IMG/VR virus record: IMGVR_UViG_2548876794_000003
Span: 1-64,000 of that record
Direction: 5' to 3' (one strand)
DNA: 64,000 nucleotides
Source: a virus
Lineage: Duplodnaviria > Caudoviricetes
This document shows, in pieces, positions 8,625 through 18,864 of the stretch (positions are counted from its first letter, which is position 1; each line of letters starts with the position of its first letter). The notes beneath the pieces were generated by a model. It was not told the origin of the DNA. It was given only the letters and a program-made list of their open reading frames with translations, and searched no databases. The translations under genes were made by a program, and so were the position numbers.

Positions 8625-10691
8625 TTATTTGGCAGATTTGATTGGAATGACGTCTGCTGTTCGCACAATGATAATGGTCGCGCCAGCAGTCATTTTACGT
8701 TCCTTGATGTGTCGGGCAGAGATTTTAAATTTATCTCGGTAATCAGCACGATACTTCACTTCTGCGAAGTCATCTGTTGCCGCTACCATTGAAAGGAGAT
8801 ATGGACGTAAGCGAATTCTGGTGGCTTTATCAAAGCTACGGAAGCGTTGATGCTTCATCACCATATCGCGTGTGCAGTATCCATATTTGTTAATAAGCAG
8901 TCCCACGACCTCGTGGGCATCCCTTACAAAGTTTTTTTCTTTGAAGTAGTCCTCGTTTTCCGCTTGAACATAATGTTCATCTGCTACTTCTTTTGAAAGC
9001 ATTGCTTCTAAAAACTTATGTGATACTTGGCTCGGATAGATTTTTTTACTACGCAATTCTTTATGTTTCCGTTCAGCATCTATTAATGTTTGGACACTGT
9101 AGTCTGGTATGGAAATATAATTGACTCGATATTTGCGCATGACGCCATCACTCGATGATTGTTTAAATATCATGTTGTACGATTTTTCAACAATTCGCTT
9201 ATCTACTTCATCGTTCGATTTATATTTAATCAATCCTAGCAGCGCTAAGTAATGCATTTTCTGTGATACCTTGGACGTTGACAGTTTCGATCCAGTATCA
9301 ATGCAGTAACGCTCCGCCAATCGACGCACAGACAAGAAACAAAGGAGTTCAGATGATTTCACATACTCTTCGTCTAAAATGCTCTGTCGTGCTTCCTGTA
9401 GCACTGAGCGTAGCATTCTATACATATCGTTGTTGCGCTCTCCTAAGAAGGAAGCTAATTCGGGTGCTGCCTCTGCAATATTTGGCAGGTAGAGGTAGTC
9501 CTCATAATCAACAAGCTGTAGTTTCATCTTTTGCTCATACTCTGTTTCAATCTGAATGCCTAATATATGATAAAGCTTCTTCACCGCTTCTTTGTGGCTA
9601 ACGTTCAGAATCTTCGATAGAAGTCCGAATATGTCGATATACTTACTGCTCCCCATGTCTTTACACGAATAACAATGGTAGTGGTAAGTTCCGTTTGGAT
9701 GTTGTTCAAAACAAGCTGATGGATTATGGTCGTCATGTCCTGGCAGTATGCATGAAAACTTTTCTCCTAGTTGTTTTCCAAACAGTAAGTGTAATGGGTA
9801 ATACTTAGCTGTTGTAAAGAATAGTCCTTTCATCCTTACTCCCCCAAGGGTTACAGCTGTTTCTCCATTGGTAGAACAGTACTCTTTAATTATTTTATTA
9901 AAGAGTTCTGTTCCCACAGTGGAAGACATAGCATGAGCCTTAGAGCCACAAGGGTTTGCAGCTAGTTGAGTGACAACAGCTAATCGTTTACGTTGAGCAT
10001 ATACCATCTTTTCATTGATTTCGAAGTGATAAGCAGGCTCTACATATGGTTTGTTGATAGACGTTGATATATAACTCTTTGTTACATTCTTCTCAGGGAC
10101 AATCGTATTATCGAATAGGTGCTTACTAACTACGTTACTGTCGTCTTCGTATACGATTTCTTTTCCTGGGAAGTAAATGCGTGAGCGATCATACACGCAA
10201 CGACTATCAACCACGTTGTTTCCTTCAATGTCGAACATTGCATATAAACCAGTTGCTACACGATTAAATTCATCAAGTGAAACAGCTGGTTCATCTAATT
10301 GGAATAACACACGATATTTTAAATGGCTTGGCAGGCTTGAGTATGTTTCATAAACACCGAATGGCATGATTCCATGTTCATTACTAATACTTAATATTCT
10401 ACCAAGGTCGAGATAACATTCGTCTGGTGCAATGTCATCATCAATGAGATTGTCTATATCGAGTGCAAAAATACTTTGAGACTGCCAATGCTGTTGTGTC
10501 AGACTATCTTTACTGAAGTCGAAAGATCCTGGCACAAAACTATAACCGTCTACTGCTTGTTTGAGCAATTCGCTTGGGGCAATCTGGCATTGATGACCAT
10601 TTAGAAACGTCTTCTTTAAAAAAGCTGCATAAGTCGTACAAGCTTCCTTTGATAGAAGCTGACGATTATGCAGCAAGACGTTATGAATCAT
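8625..10691 (-). CDS. Replication protein: AEP primase-polymerase + CHC2 zinc finger + C-terminal helical/wHTH region
   Basis: FALDIDN (DxD), YETYSS...KYRVLF, DSRCVYDRSRIYF (AEP motifs); SCILPGHDDHNPSA...HCYSC...DIF (zf-CHC2). Confidence 0.75.
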   Translation of the reverse strand: MIHNVLLHNRQLLSKEACTTYAAFLKKTFLNGHQCQIAPSELLKQAVDGYSFVPGSFDFSKDSLTQQHWQSQSIFALDIDNLIDDDIAPDECYLDLGRILSISNEHGIMPFGVYETYSSLPSHLKYRVLFQLDEPAVSLDEFNRVATGLYAMFDIEGNNVVDSRCVYDRSRIYFPGKEIVYEDDSNVVSKHLFDNTIVPEKNVTKSYISTSINKPYVEPAYHFEINEKMVYAQRKRLAVVTQLAANPCGSKAHAMSSTVGTELFNKIIKEYCSTNGETAVTLGGVRMKGLFFTTAKYYPLHLLFGKQLGEKFSCILPGHDDHNPSACFEQHPNGTYHYHCYSCKDMGSSKYIDIFGLLSKILNVSHKEAVKKLYHILGIQIETEYEQKMKLQLVDYEDYLYLPNIAEAAPELASFLGERNNDMYRMLRSVLQEARQSILDEEYVKSSELLCFLSVRRLAERYCIDTGSKLSTSKVSQKMHYLALLGLIKYKSNDEVDKRIVEKSYNMIFKQSSSDGVMRKYRVNYISIPDYSVQTLIDAERKHKELRSKKIYPSQVSHKFLEAMLSKEVADEHYVQAENEDYFKEKNFVRDAHEVVGLLINKYGYCTRDMVMKHQRFRSFDKATRIRLRPYLLSMVAATDDFAEVKYRADYRDKFKISARHIKERKMTAGATIIIVRTADVIPIKSAK
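9874..9913. repeat. 17-bp inverted repeat inside the rep gene (origin candidate)
   Basis: gaacagtactctttaat-tatttt-attaaagagttctgttc, 16/17 pairs. Confidence 0.75.
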
Positions 10692-10714
10692 TAAACCCCT
10701 TCCCTTCTTGCAAG

Positions 10715-10933
10715 CTACACGACAAGTAACTGCTCCATTGTAACATTAAATAGTTGTGATAGGCTATATAGCACAGACACATTACAAGAGCGTTCACCTT
10801 TTTCGATTAACCAATAGCCAGTTGGGGTTTTATACCCAAGGTAGTCAGCGATGTCACTAATCGAGTAGCCTAATTCTGTACGATGCTGTTTTAAGGCATC
10901 TAAATCTACAGTAGCGCGGTTCATATGATTCAC
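10715..10933 (-). CDS. XRE/Cro-type HTH regulator
   Basis: LKQHR.ELGYS..DIADYLG....YWLIEKGER...L..L..LFNVT.EQL. Confidence 0.9.
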   Translation of the reverse strand: MNHMNRATVDLDALKQHRTELGYSISDIADYLGYKTPTGYWLIEKGERSCNVSVLYSLSQLFNVTMEQLLVV

Positions 10934-10988
10934 CTCTTTATTCTTTTAATAGGGGTTCGTCATATTATTACCGCATGTAAAACGTGTA

Positions 10989-11462
10989 TTACTCACGTTT
11001 TACGAATAGATGTTTGATTTTAGTAAAGATTTGTTTGAAGATACTAGGTTTTGGAGCCATATACGCATCGTAAGAAGCTTTTTCTTCTTTCGCTGGTTCT
11101 TCTCCCACTTTTACATCTGAACGCTCTCCTGCTGCATCTGTGAATGTTACAGATGGTTCTTCTGTTCGAATTGTATCTAGCAGTTTAACAAAATGAACTT
11201 GGGCAATTAAAATGTCACCATCTAGGCCTTCATTATTAGTTGTCTTAACTGATTCATTTGCTTCAAGTTTGTATTGTTTCACACCCTCAAAGAATGTCAT
11301 TGCAAACATAGCTTCTTTTTTATCGGTACCAGTAGGCTCTTCCGCAATTACTTTCTCTGTATCTGAAATAACACGAAAGACTTGGCCGTTGTTACGAACT
11401 TCATAATAACAATTATATGGTTTCAATAATCCAGATTCGAATGGAATAATTCTCCCTTTCAT
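10989..11462 (-). CDS. Hypothetical protein
   Basis: 157-aa ORF in operon. Confidence 0.7.
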   Translation of the reverse strand: MKGRIIPFESGLLKPYNCYYEVRNNGQVFRVISDTEKVIAEEPTGTDKKEAMFAMTFFEGVKQYKLEANESVKTTNNEGLDGDILIAQVHFVKLLDTIRTEEPSVTFTDAAGERSDVKVGEEPAKEEKASYDAYMAPKPSIFKQIFTKIKHLFVKRE

Positions 11463-11464
11463 AA

Positions 11465-11665
11465 TTATGCTGCCGCCTTTCTTGGATGGTAGTTTTTATT
11501 TTGGTGTAAATACGCACGTAGCGCTTTTGTGTTAGCGAAGTAGTAAACATTGAAGTCGTTATTTTTCTTGTTCTTAGAAACTCGAATGCAACGGAATCCG
11601 CTTCGTTGTAAGTCTTGCGCAAGTGTTAATTTAAAAATTGGGTACTGTAAGTCATTTTTATTCAT
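11465..11665 (-). CDS. DUF5659-like small protein
   Basis: IF...LA..L...GF......N.KN..F.VYYF.NT..L pattern; SD GGAGG. Confidence 0.6.
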   Translation of the reverse strand: MNKNDLQYPIFKLTLAQDLQRSGFRCIRVSKNKKNNDFNVYYFANTKALRAYLHQNKNYHPRKAAA

Positions 11666-11674
11666 GATGGCCTC

Positions 11675-12433
11675 CTATAGCTCAATAGCTTCGTTTAACG
11701 TTTCGACTGTCACTTCCGCTGGTAATACTTGCAGTAGCTCTGTTAAAACAACTGTTTTATCTTGTCCACGATGCGCAGCAATGCGTTTTGCATAGCTATC
11801 CATAATGGTAATTAAATTCATTTCTTCGTTGATGTAGCGAACAACGTCAACCGTATAAAACATCGGAAGGCTTGTATAGAAACTGCATCGTAAACCATCT
11901 AACATAGGCACTCTGTTGTCCTCTAAGGCCGTATTCCATAGTTCAGCGCGTTCTTTCTTCTCCATCTCACTAAGACCTTCTAACGCTTCATCTGTGTAAC
12001 TATACTCTTGAAAAACTTCTAATGTATCAAAATAGCTTTTTACAACTGGATTCACTGTGAATAGCATAGCTAACGTATGTGTACGAAGTGGAAACAAAAT
12101 GAGCTCAGATTTAAAGTCGAAGCTAGGTTCCAGTACACCTTGTTGTTCAATACGTTGTTCTGCATGTTGCATAGTTGAATAAGCAGTCATAAAACTGCCA
12201 GCTCTTTGACTTGGGGCTTCATCTTTAAACAAACGATACATCTCACCAAAAATAGCCCTTTCCGCTGGATCAATGCGCGATAAAAATAATGCATTGATAG
12301 CTAGATTGGCAGCGGTACGAATGACCGCATCTTTGGTTAGCTCACGAATGGCCGAACGCCATGTGTGCATTTTCTCACCTAAATCAGGTAAGGATGTAAT
12401 AGCTAATTTATAGCCGTTTTTAATTTGAATCAT
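11675..12433 (-). CDS. Hypothetical protein
   Basis: 252-aa ORF, SD GGAGG. Confidence 0.75.
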   Translation of the reverse strand: MIQIKNGYKLAITSLPDLGEKMHTWRSAIRELTKDAVIRTAANLAINALFLSRIDPAERAIFGEMYRLFKDEAPSQRAGSFMTAYSTMQHAEQRIEQQGVLEPSFDFKSELILFPLRTHTLAMLFTVNPVVKSYFDTLEVFQEYSYTDEALEGLSEMEKKERAELWNTALEDNRVPMLDGLRCSFYTSLPMFYTVDVVRYINEEMNLITIMDSYAKRIAAHRGQDKTVVLTELLQVLPAEVTVETLNEAIEL

Positions 12434-12497
12434 ATGAAATCCTCCATTAAAAAAGCCCGAATTAACGGGCTTAAATTTATAAGTTATGTTTTAAGTA

Positions 12498-12809
12498 TTA
12501 TGCACAAATGCTATCTGCAAAGATGCGTTTAGTAACGATGCTATGTATAAGGCTGTTGATTTTTTGTGGACACGATGCATCCGATTCTCGAATCATATTT
12601 AATAGATTCGGAATGCTTTGTTCGTAGTGATGGTCGACTCCAACTTGTTCGACAACTCCTTGCACAAACTCCACGAAACGTTTTCGATTCAACTGATAAG
12701 AACGAATTCCATAAAATTTTTCTGCGAACAATTTACAATCTTTTTCATTCATAGTACGTGGATACTTGCCTTTTGCGTAAGCGACAATTTGATCTTCCCA
12801 ATATGTCAT
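12498..12809 (-). CDS. Hypothetical protein
   Basis: Start reassigned to MTYWE after SD AAGGGGG. Confidence 0.65.
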   Translation of the reverse strand: MTYWEDQIVAYAKGKYPRTMNEKDCKLFAEKFYGIRSYQLNRKRFVEFVQGVVEQVGVDHHYEQSIPNLLNMIRESDASCPQKINSLIHSIVTKRIFADSICA

Positions 12810-12882
12810 GCGCAATCGCCCCCTTAATAGTTTGTTACTATTAGGATAACTGTTTATTGGGTATTTTGGCAAGGGTATTAAA

Positions 12883-15249
12883 TTAAATAGCTAACAAAGG
12901 TAGTGCGTTAGCCGCTTCAATTCGACAAAATTCGTCTTTTTCTTTTTTTTCGATTGCTTTCTTTAATTCTTTTTTGTACTCGTCTGAATAGGCTTCGACT
13001 AGGCCGCTTAGGTTTGGTTCTAAAGCGTCTCTGTAATGTCGTAGGTCATTCGATAAGGCATTCTTCGAAACGATTGGTGTGTCCTGTAGATACGCACCTA
13101 GCACGTTGTAAAGTTTTGTGTTCACATCTTTGCTTACTAAGCGGTTATAAGACATTTTTGCTTGGTTTAAACCAGACTGACCAATTTCTAAACAAACTTC
13201 ATATTTATCTGTCTGCTTATTCTTCATAACGACGATAATTGTTCTACCAGATAATAAATGGTGGTCGTATGTTCCAACACAGTGATGCATTTGTTTGCCG
13301 ACTAAAATTAATTCTTTCGTATCTTGTACGGCATAGAATTCATAGTCATTGATTTTACGGTTAAAGACGTTAAGCATTTCTTTAGAGTACTCAATATGTT
13401 TATTCGGCTTTCCTTCTGAAAGAGCATACATGTATAGCTTATCGTGAAGTTGATGCATATTCCGTATGCCTTCGCTCGCAATCTTATCCAACTCTTTTTT
13501 AGGCGTTCTGACGAAATTATCAAGCAGGTCGGAATAAAAAGTCGGATCTTGTTCGTCGATGACAGCTTGTAATGACTGATTCATTTGTTTTTCACTCGCA
13601 AATGACTTTTTTAAAAATCTTGCGAATTGGTTACGCATCGTTTGCAATTTAACTGGTTTGTATTCTTGCTCTGGATTGGTGTAACGTGCTGTATAATGAG
13701 GCTCTAAGTGAAGTGTGAAAGGCCCTTTTTTAGACGATCTTACGCGGATGTTATTTAAACAGTTGTACAGAACTTCACTATTTGTAATCGCACTTAAAAA
13801 GATAAATTCCTTTGAACGAATTTGATGTGATTCTAAATTGTATGGAGAAAGTTTTGGGCCATTATCTTCTAGCATTAGATTTTCCTCAATTCCTTGGTGA
13901 AAGCCTAATAAGTCTCGTTGGGAGTTTCGACGGCTTTCTGTTTTCTCAAAGTCGTCGATTGATGACGCGAATAACCCTTGTGATTTTTTAGATGAAGCAG
14001 GCAATAGTGCTTTTAATGCCTTGCTTTTAGAATCTCTGCAGGCAACTGGTACCATAGATAAAGGAATATTTGAACCTGGTAACGTCAGGCCAACCGGCGT
14101 AGCAATAATGTTGAGAATTTCTTGTGTAGAATTTCCTTGGGCGAACATTTTTGTGGCAACAGACGAATGGGTTCTCACTCGTGAATCTTTTGAGCGAATG
14201 AATGCAGAAATCATTTTAGCTGATAACATTTCGAAAGGAGTGACTTGTGAACGATTTCGCAATGGGTTGTAAAGATTTTCAAAAATAGTATCTACCGCAT
14301 CACCATATTGGTTTTCACCAATTCGTGAGAAATCTTTTATATTGATAACCGAGAAGCCGTCATCAATGCTTAAGTGTTGAGCAGCTCCCAACTGCCCGTT
14401 TGAAACGAATCGAACATGACTTTTTCGTGATGGTAGCGTAGTAACAAGGTATAGCTTCTGTGAACGTTTATTAAACGTTAGTGTGTAACGGGTAGATTGC
14501 TGTACAGGGAAGAATGAATATTCCCCCTCCTCACCTTTCCCTCTAAAGTGAGTAGACGCTGCATCGGCAGACAAGCAGTACGATCTACTTCCAATTGATG
14601 AAGAGCTTTGTCTTTTAAAGCTTGAAAGAGGATCTTTATTGACATCGACAGTGTTAAGAAAGTGCTTCTCTTGGCGTAAACGAACTTCTCGCTCATGCTC
14701 TTCGGCCGCTGAAACGACCGATGAATTAGGTAAAGGATTTTGATAAAATACGTTCGTTTTTAAAGTGAAAGCTGTGATTTTGATTTTTTCTTCATCTTCA
14801 TTCGTATATAAGGAATGTAGTGTATTCCCTATGAAACGGAATTCGTCATTACCACAGTATGGACAAACATGGTCTTTGTGAAGCTGTAGACTGGCGCGAG
14901 ATGACATTTTTTGATTCAAATAATACGCTAGTTTTTCAATCGTAATAGGGAAATGTTGAAGGTTATGTACTGAACAGTTGCATGCATAAGACATAACGAC
15001 TGGACAATCTTTGTTTTCAGCGTCCTCCTCTTCTCCCTCAGTCTCGATACTTTGAATAGGAAAAACATTAATGATGGCTTGCTGTGGAGCGTAAGCCCTA
15101 GATGAAACAGAAATTTCATTATAAATTTCTTTTAATGATTCTTCACTGCCATCGTACTTAGATTGATAGTCAAGCATGCTACTTGCAGTGTAATGTGTTG
15201 AATAGTCATTTCTGTCCTTTGAATATGTGTGTAGTAATCCTGTAATCAT
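12883..15249 (-). CDS. PcfJ-domain protein with N-terminal Zn-ribbon
   Basis: C-terminal EL..VGKQMHHCVGTY...CLEI...LNQAK..YN (PcfJ-like); CNC...CPYC near the N-terminus. Confidence 0.7.
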   Translation of the reverse strand: MITGLLHTYSKDRNDYSTHYTASSMLDYQSKYDGSEESLKEIYNEISVSSRAYAPQQAIINVFPIQSIETEGEEEDAENKDCPVVMSYACNCSVHNLQHFPITIEKLAYYLNQKMSSRASLQLHKDHVCPYCGNDEFRFIGNTLHSLYTNEDEEKIKITAFTLKTNVFYQNPLPNSSVVSAAEEHEREVRLRQEKHFLNTVDVNKDPLSSFKRQSSSSIGSRSYCLSADAASTHFRGKGEEGEYSFFPVQQSTRYTLTFNKRSQKLYLVTTLPSRKSHVRFVSNGQLGAAQHLSIDDGFSVINIKDFSRIGENQYGDAVDTIFENLYNPLRNRSQVTPFEMLSAKMISAFIRSKDSRVRTHSSVATKMFAQGNSTQEILNIIATPVGLTLPGSNIPLSMVPVACRDSKSKALKALLPASSKKSQGLFASSIDDFEKTESRRNSQRDLLGFHQGIEENLMLEDNGPKLSPYNLESHQIRSKEFIFLSAITNSEVLYNCLNNIRVRSSKKGPFTLHLEPHYTARYTNPEQEYKPVKLQTMRNQFARFLKKSFASEKQMNQSLQAVIDEQDPTFYSDLLDNFVRTPKKELDKIASEGIRNMHQLHDKLYMYALSEGKPNKHIEYSKEMLNVFNRKINDYEFYAVQDTKELILVGKQMHHCVGTYDHHLLSGRTIIVVMKNKQTDKYEVCLEIGQSGLNQAKMSYNRLVSKDVNTKLYNVLGAYLQDTPIVSKNALSNDLRHYRDALEPNLSGLVEAYSDEYKKELKKAIEKKEKDEFCRIEAANALPLLAI

Positions 15250-15301
15250 GAGAATCCCGTCCTTTTTCGAATAAATTATTAGATAGTAATAGTGTTACGA
15301 A

Positions 15302-16018
15302 TTACGCTAAAAATGCCAAGATTGGACCATAGTTTGGTGGAAGCTGTCCACCGATACGCTCGTTGGCTAAACCTCGCGCTAAAGTCATGTGCATAGAATT
15401 CTTTGAATTATTGGCAGAATGCACGATCACCTTTTGCGCAGATGGATATTGTTGCAAACGCTGGATAAATGAGCTGAATTTTAAATCTGCTTCTGTAAAT
15501 CCGTACTTGTGTAGATTGTATTCATAGTTGACATCGACTTCATTGAGCTTTGAAGAAATGAAGTCAAATACGCTATATGTTAAATTGGTGAACAAATTGA
15601 TGTTCTTATATCCATGCTTTAACACAACATAAGCTAATGTAGTTGCTGCTTGATAATAGGTAACTTTCTTTGCGTGTTCCTCAGACATTCCTTCGGTGTT
15701 TAATACGCGTCCGTAATCTGCAATAACTACCTCCTGCTCACTTATGTCTTTTGTATTTTTAGGCGCTTTACTCATTGTAGTGATGACAATATGAAGCCCT
15801 ACCTTTGTGCCATTGAATTCTTGCGCTAGATAGACATTAAATAAGCGTTCTTTGTTCATGAAATCTTCCAACTCCTTCTTATTTTGAAAGAATGCTGGCA
15901 GTGTGAATGAAGCGTCTAATTCCGCTAATTCAAGCATTCCTTTTCGTGTCAAAATAGTGTTATCACAAATAGTCGTGCCGTCTGATTTGACAGCTTTGCG
16001 AACGAAGTAATAGAACAT
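15302..16018 (-). CDS. Degenerate RNase H-like protein with putative N-terminal hybrid-binding (Cauli_VI-like) region
   Basis: FYYFVRK...F.NKKELEDFM; INLFTN; KV..HS...N.....LA.GLA mirror the RNase HI layout but the acidic catalytic residues are missing. Confidence 0.4.
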   Translation of the reverse strand: MFYYFVRKAVKSDGTTICDNTILTRKGMLELAELDASFTLPAFFQNKKELEDFMNKERLFNVYLAQEFNGTKVGLHIVITTMSKAPKNTKDISEQEVVIADYGRVLNTEGMSEEHAKKVTYYQAATTLAYVVLKHGYKNINLFTNLTYSVFDFISSKLNEVDVNYEYNLHKYGFTEADLKFSSFIQRLQQYPSAQKVIVHSANNSKNSMHMTLARGLANERIGGQLPPNYGPILAFLA

Positions 16019-16024
16019 ATTTAG

Positions 16025-16189
16025 TTATCTCCCTTTTGATAATAGAGCCGTCGCTTGGAACATATTTTGATGTTCTACTGAACGATTTTTTGCTCGTAGA
16101 TTAAACTTGAATGGTTTTGATCGGCCATTTGTAATCGCATTTGAATGCATTAATAGATTTTCTTTGAATGTAAGATTGTTGATTTTCAT
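16025..16189 (-). CDS. Small hypothetical protein
   Basis: SD GGAGG, MKINNL... Confidence 0.55.
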   Translation of the reverse strand: MKINNLTFKENLLMHSNAITNGRSKPFKFNLRAKNRSVEHQNMFQATALLSKGR

Positions 16190-16252
16190 TATGTATTCCT
16201 CCAATATTTGAATAAAAAAGAAAAAGCCCCCCAATGCTGGAGGCCTCTTCTT

Positions 16253-16906
16253 TTAGAATGATTCTAAAACTCTTTGCAATTGAACAACGTAATCATGGCA
16301 ACCTGTAACGACTTCGCCAGATTTTTGTGCGTTCAGTCGAGTTAAGTGTTCCACTGGTACGTTTATATAGAATAAGCGAGCTAAATGGTTGTCTCGATAC
16401 TCCGCTTCTTCTTCGATATGTTCTTCTGAAAGACCATGCTTTTCTGGATTTTCCAATTGATCGTTCATTGAAACGAAACATTGTTGAATCAATGGAATGA
16501 TATTCGCTTCAAGTAATTGTCCTAATAGGATGACATCTTTATAATTCTTTTCCTCCATGAAGTAATCTGCTACTACTTCTAAAGAAAGTAGCGACTTCAT
16601 GATATGCGCAGCTGTTGCCGCAACATAGTTTTCCGTATCGCCGAATGTGATTTGTGACTGAATACATGTGAATAATGATGCTCTATGAGCTAATAGCTTG
16701 TGCGTATTTAGTGATTCTAGCACGCGTTTTGACGCATCCTCTTGTTCTTTTCGCTCTCTCGCAGGAGCAGCTTCATTTAAGAATTCTAGGACCTGTGCGT
16801 CTCTTTCGTCGTTTAAAGTAAAACCATTCGCTTTTAAGACAGCAAACATCTCATTAGCAGTTAGCTGCTGAGTATGCTGGTTGTTTTGAAGTAAAGATTT
16901 TGTCAT
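16253..16906 (-). CDS. Hypothetical protein
   Basis: 217-aa ORF, SD GGAGG. Confidence 0.7.
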   Translation of the reverse strand: MTKSLLQNNQHTQQLTANEMFAVLKANGFTLNDERDAQVLEFLNEAAPARERKEQEDASKRVLESLNTHKLLAHRASLFTCIQSQITFGDTENYVAATAAHIMKSLLSLEVVADYFMEEKNYKDVILLGQLLEANIIPLIQQCFVSMNDQLENPEKHGLSEEHIEEEAEYRDNHLARLFYINVPVEHLTRLNAQKSGEVVTGCHDYVVQLQRVLESF

Positions 16907-17585
16907 GCGTAGAAACCTCCCCTTTTGTCATTTTTCCGCCGATATAAAATACATCAGTACCAGGTAATGCTTTAGGGATTGTACTTAATGAAAGTGAAAA
17001 GTTTGTCGCATGATATACACGCATTCTCTTCTCGCATTTATGGCATTTACAATAAGTGAAGCCAACAGCTAAATAACGACGGCCAACTTGACCGCAGTCT
17101 GGGCATTGGTATAAGCAACGGAACATTCTAGTGCCGTCATCAGCAATATAATAGCCATTCTTTTTAGCAGAATCTTGTACAATATTCGGATTGACCGTCA
17201 CTGGAACAGATTTATTATCTAGGGACGGGGTAGAAGAACTTGCCTTCACCATCGCTGCAGCAAACGAATTGTTCACCACAGCCCCCTTTAATGTGCCTTC
17301 GTTTGATTCTTCATTTTGGTTTACAACATCATAAAGTGCAATGGTAGGCTCGGCAGGTGCTACTAATTGCGGTTGAGATTTTTTAACGTTTAATTCTGGC
17401 TCAACTTTTGATGTTGTTTTTGTTGATTCGGCAATAGGCAGTTGCACAACTTTTTGTGGAGCAATCACCTTCGTAGTGACGTCGCTCGCTAAGAATGCTG
17501 CCATTAATTCGGCAGACGGTTCTTCATCTGATTGAAGAAGTAACGATAATTTCGTTTCGGCATTTTTAATTTGAAGTTTGAACAT
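16854..17585 (-). CDS. Zn-ribbon protein
   Basis: YQCPDCG...CKCHKC; SD GAGGAG. Confidence 0.7.
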   Translation of the reverse strand: MFKLQIKNAETKLSLLLQSDEEPSAELMAAFLASDVTTKVIAPQKVVQLPIAESTKTTSKVEPELNVKKSQPQLVAPAEPTIALYDVVNQNEESNEGTLKGAVVNNSFAAAMVKASSSTPSLDNKSVPVTVNPNIVQDSAKKNGYYIADDGTRMFRCLYQCPDCGQVGRRYLAVGFTYCKCHKCEKRMRVYHATNFSLSLSTIPKALPGTDVFYIGGKMTKGEVSTHDKIFTSKQPAYSAANC

Positions 17586-18168
17586 AGTCGGGTTTCTCCT
17601 CTTGGTTAAAAGATATTTGAATTTGCTCGAGTTCTTCTATGGACTCGATTTGATAAACTTTGTGCAAAAAATCTTTCTTAGCTTCTTTTGTACTGTAGTA
17701 CTGTTCAAAGAAATCGTATCCTTTTGGCAGTTGGATCATCTTTACATGTAAAATATATCGAATGTAGTCTGTGTACGATCGAATGGTTTTAAATGCATGC
17801 TCCTCTCGGCTGGTTAAATTACGCAGCGAGAACAATAATCTAGCAATATGTTTTGAATCTAGTTGATAGATATTCTGTACGAAAGGTTCATTGAACAAGA
17901 TGCTAATAAAGTTGCTTAATACTTTTTCATCAGCGTTGTAGCGGGATAAAATCCCCAATGCTGTATCAAATGCATCGCATTGTTCAGCATAAAGAGCTGG
18001 AGATGCGATACAAGTAGACAGGGTTTCGGTATTGCCGTAGAAACGTGCATGACTTTTACAAAATGGGCAGATTAAAAAGTCATTTGTATCACGTATTCCT
18101 ACTGCTTGAAGCGATGTTTGTCTAAGCATCTGCCCATTACATTCTGGGCATTTTATTTTAGACTTCAT
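17566..18168 (-). CDS. Zn-finger protein (DUF3268-like N-terminus)
   Basis: KCPECNG...ICPFC.SH; start reassigned to MKSK. Confidence 0.6.
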   Translation of the reverse strand: MKSKIKCPECNGQMLRQTSLQAVGIRDTNDFLICPFCKSHARFYGNTETLSTCIASPALYAEQCDAFDTALGILSRYNADEKVLSNFISILFNEPFVQNIYQLDSKHIARLLFSLRNLTSREEHAFKTIRSYTDYIRYILHVKMIQLPKGYDFFEQYYSTKEAKKDFLHKVYQIESIEELEQIQISFNQEEKPDYVQTSN

Positions 18169-18484
18169 GATTCGAAAAGAACTCGTGGCAGTAATAAGAG
18201 TTCTCTCCTTCTTTAAATGTTGCTGTTGGCGCCGCAGATGAATACAAGAATAAAGCGCGTCCACGTTCATTGATATAAACGATGTGATCTTCCTTGATAG
18301 AAGAAGCATGATATTTATTTCCATCATGTTCAACTGGATAATCTTTTAAATCATCAATTGTGTGCTCTTCATAATTTGTCAGTAGGATAAGTCCTTGTTT
18401 CGTAAGGACATTTCCTTTTGCATCTGGTGTACCAATTAAATAAACGAAATCTTCTTTTTCAGTTGATTCGATAAATAAATTCAT
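18158..18484 (-). CDS. Hypothetical protein
   Basis: SD AAGGAG, 108 aa. Confidence 0.7.
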   Translation of the reverse strand: MNLFIESTEKEDFVYLIGTPDAKGNVLTKQGLILLTNYEEHTIDDLKDYPVEHDGNKYHASSIKEDHIVYINERGRALFLYSSAAPTATFKEGENSYYCHEFFSNHEV

Positions 18485-18626
18485 AGTCGGGTTCTCCTTT
18501 GTAAAGGACTGAGTGAAGCAAAGAAGCCAGTTTAGGTCAACCTACTCTTGGCAGAGAGTATTGTTAGGTTCTCATAAAACAATGGCTTTTGTGATTTACA
18601 TTCATTCGTTTTCCTCACTTTTGGAA

Positions 18627-18860
18627 TTAATGCTGTTTGCGTGCAAGTAACACATTTAATGCGGTAGCGGTATTACGATCTTTTTGAGAAAGATGGTTAG
18701 ACGTTTTTGATTGTAAGTCCATCGCGCGATAAAAATGTGTAGCAGATTTATAAATAGTATCTTCTGTCATGTATTTTTGAGCTTTGGTAAGCTGTCGATT
18801 AGACAAGAAGGTGTACCACAAATCTGTCACTTGTTGTTTGAATCTTGTTGAGCGAGACAA
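18627..18860 (-). CDS. Hypothetical protein
   Basis: SD AAGGAGG, TTG start. Confidence 0.6.
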   Translation of the reverse strand: MSRSTRFKQQVTDLWYTFLSNRQLTKAQKYMTEDTIYKSATHFYRAMDLQSKTSNHLSQKDRNTATALNVLLARKQH

Positions 18861-18864
18861 CGTA

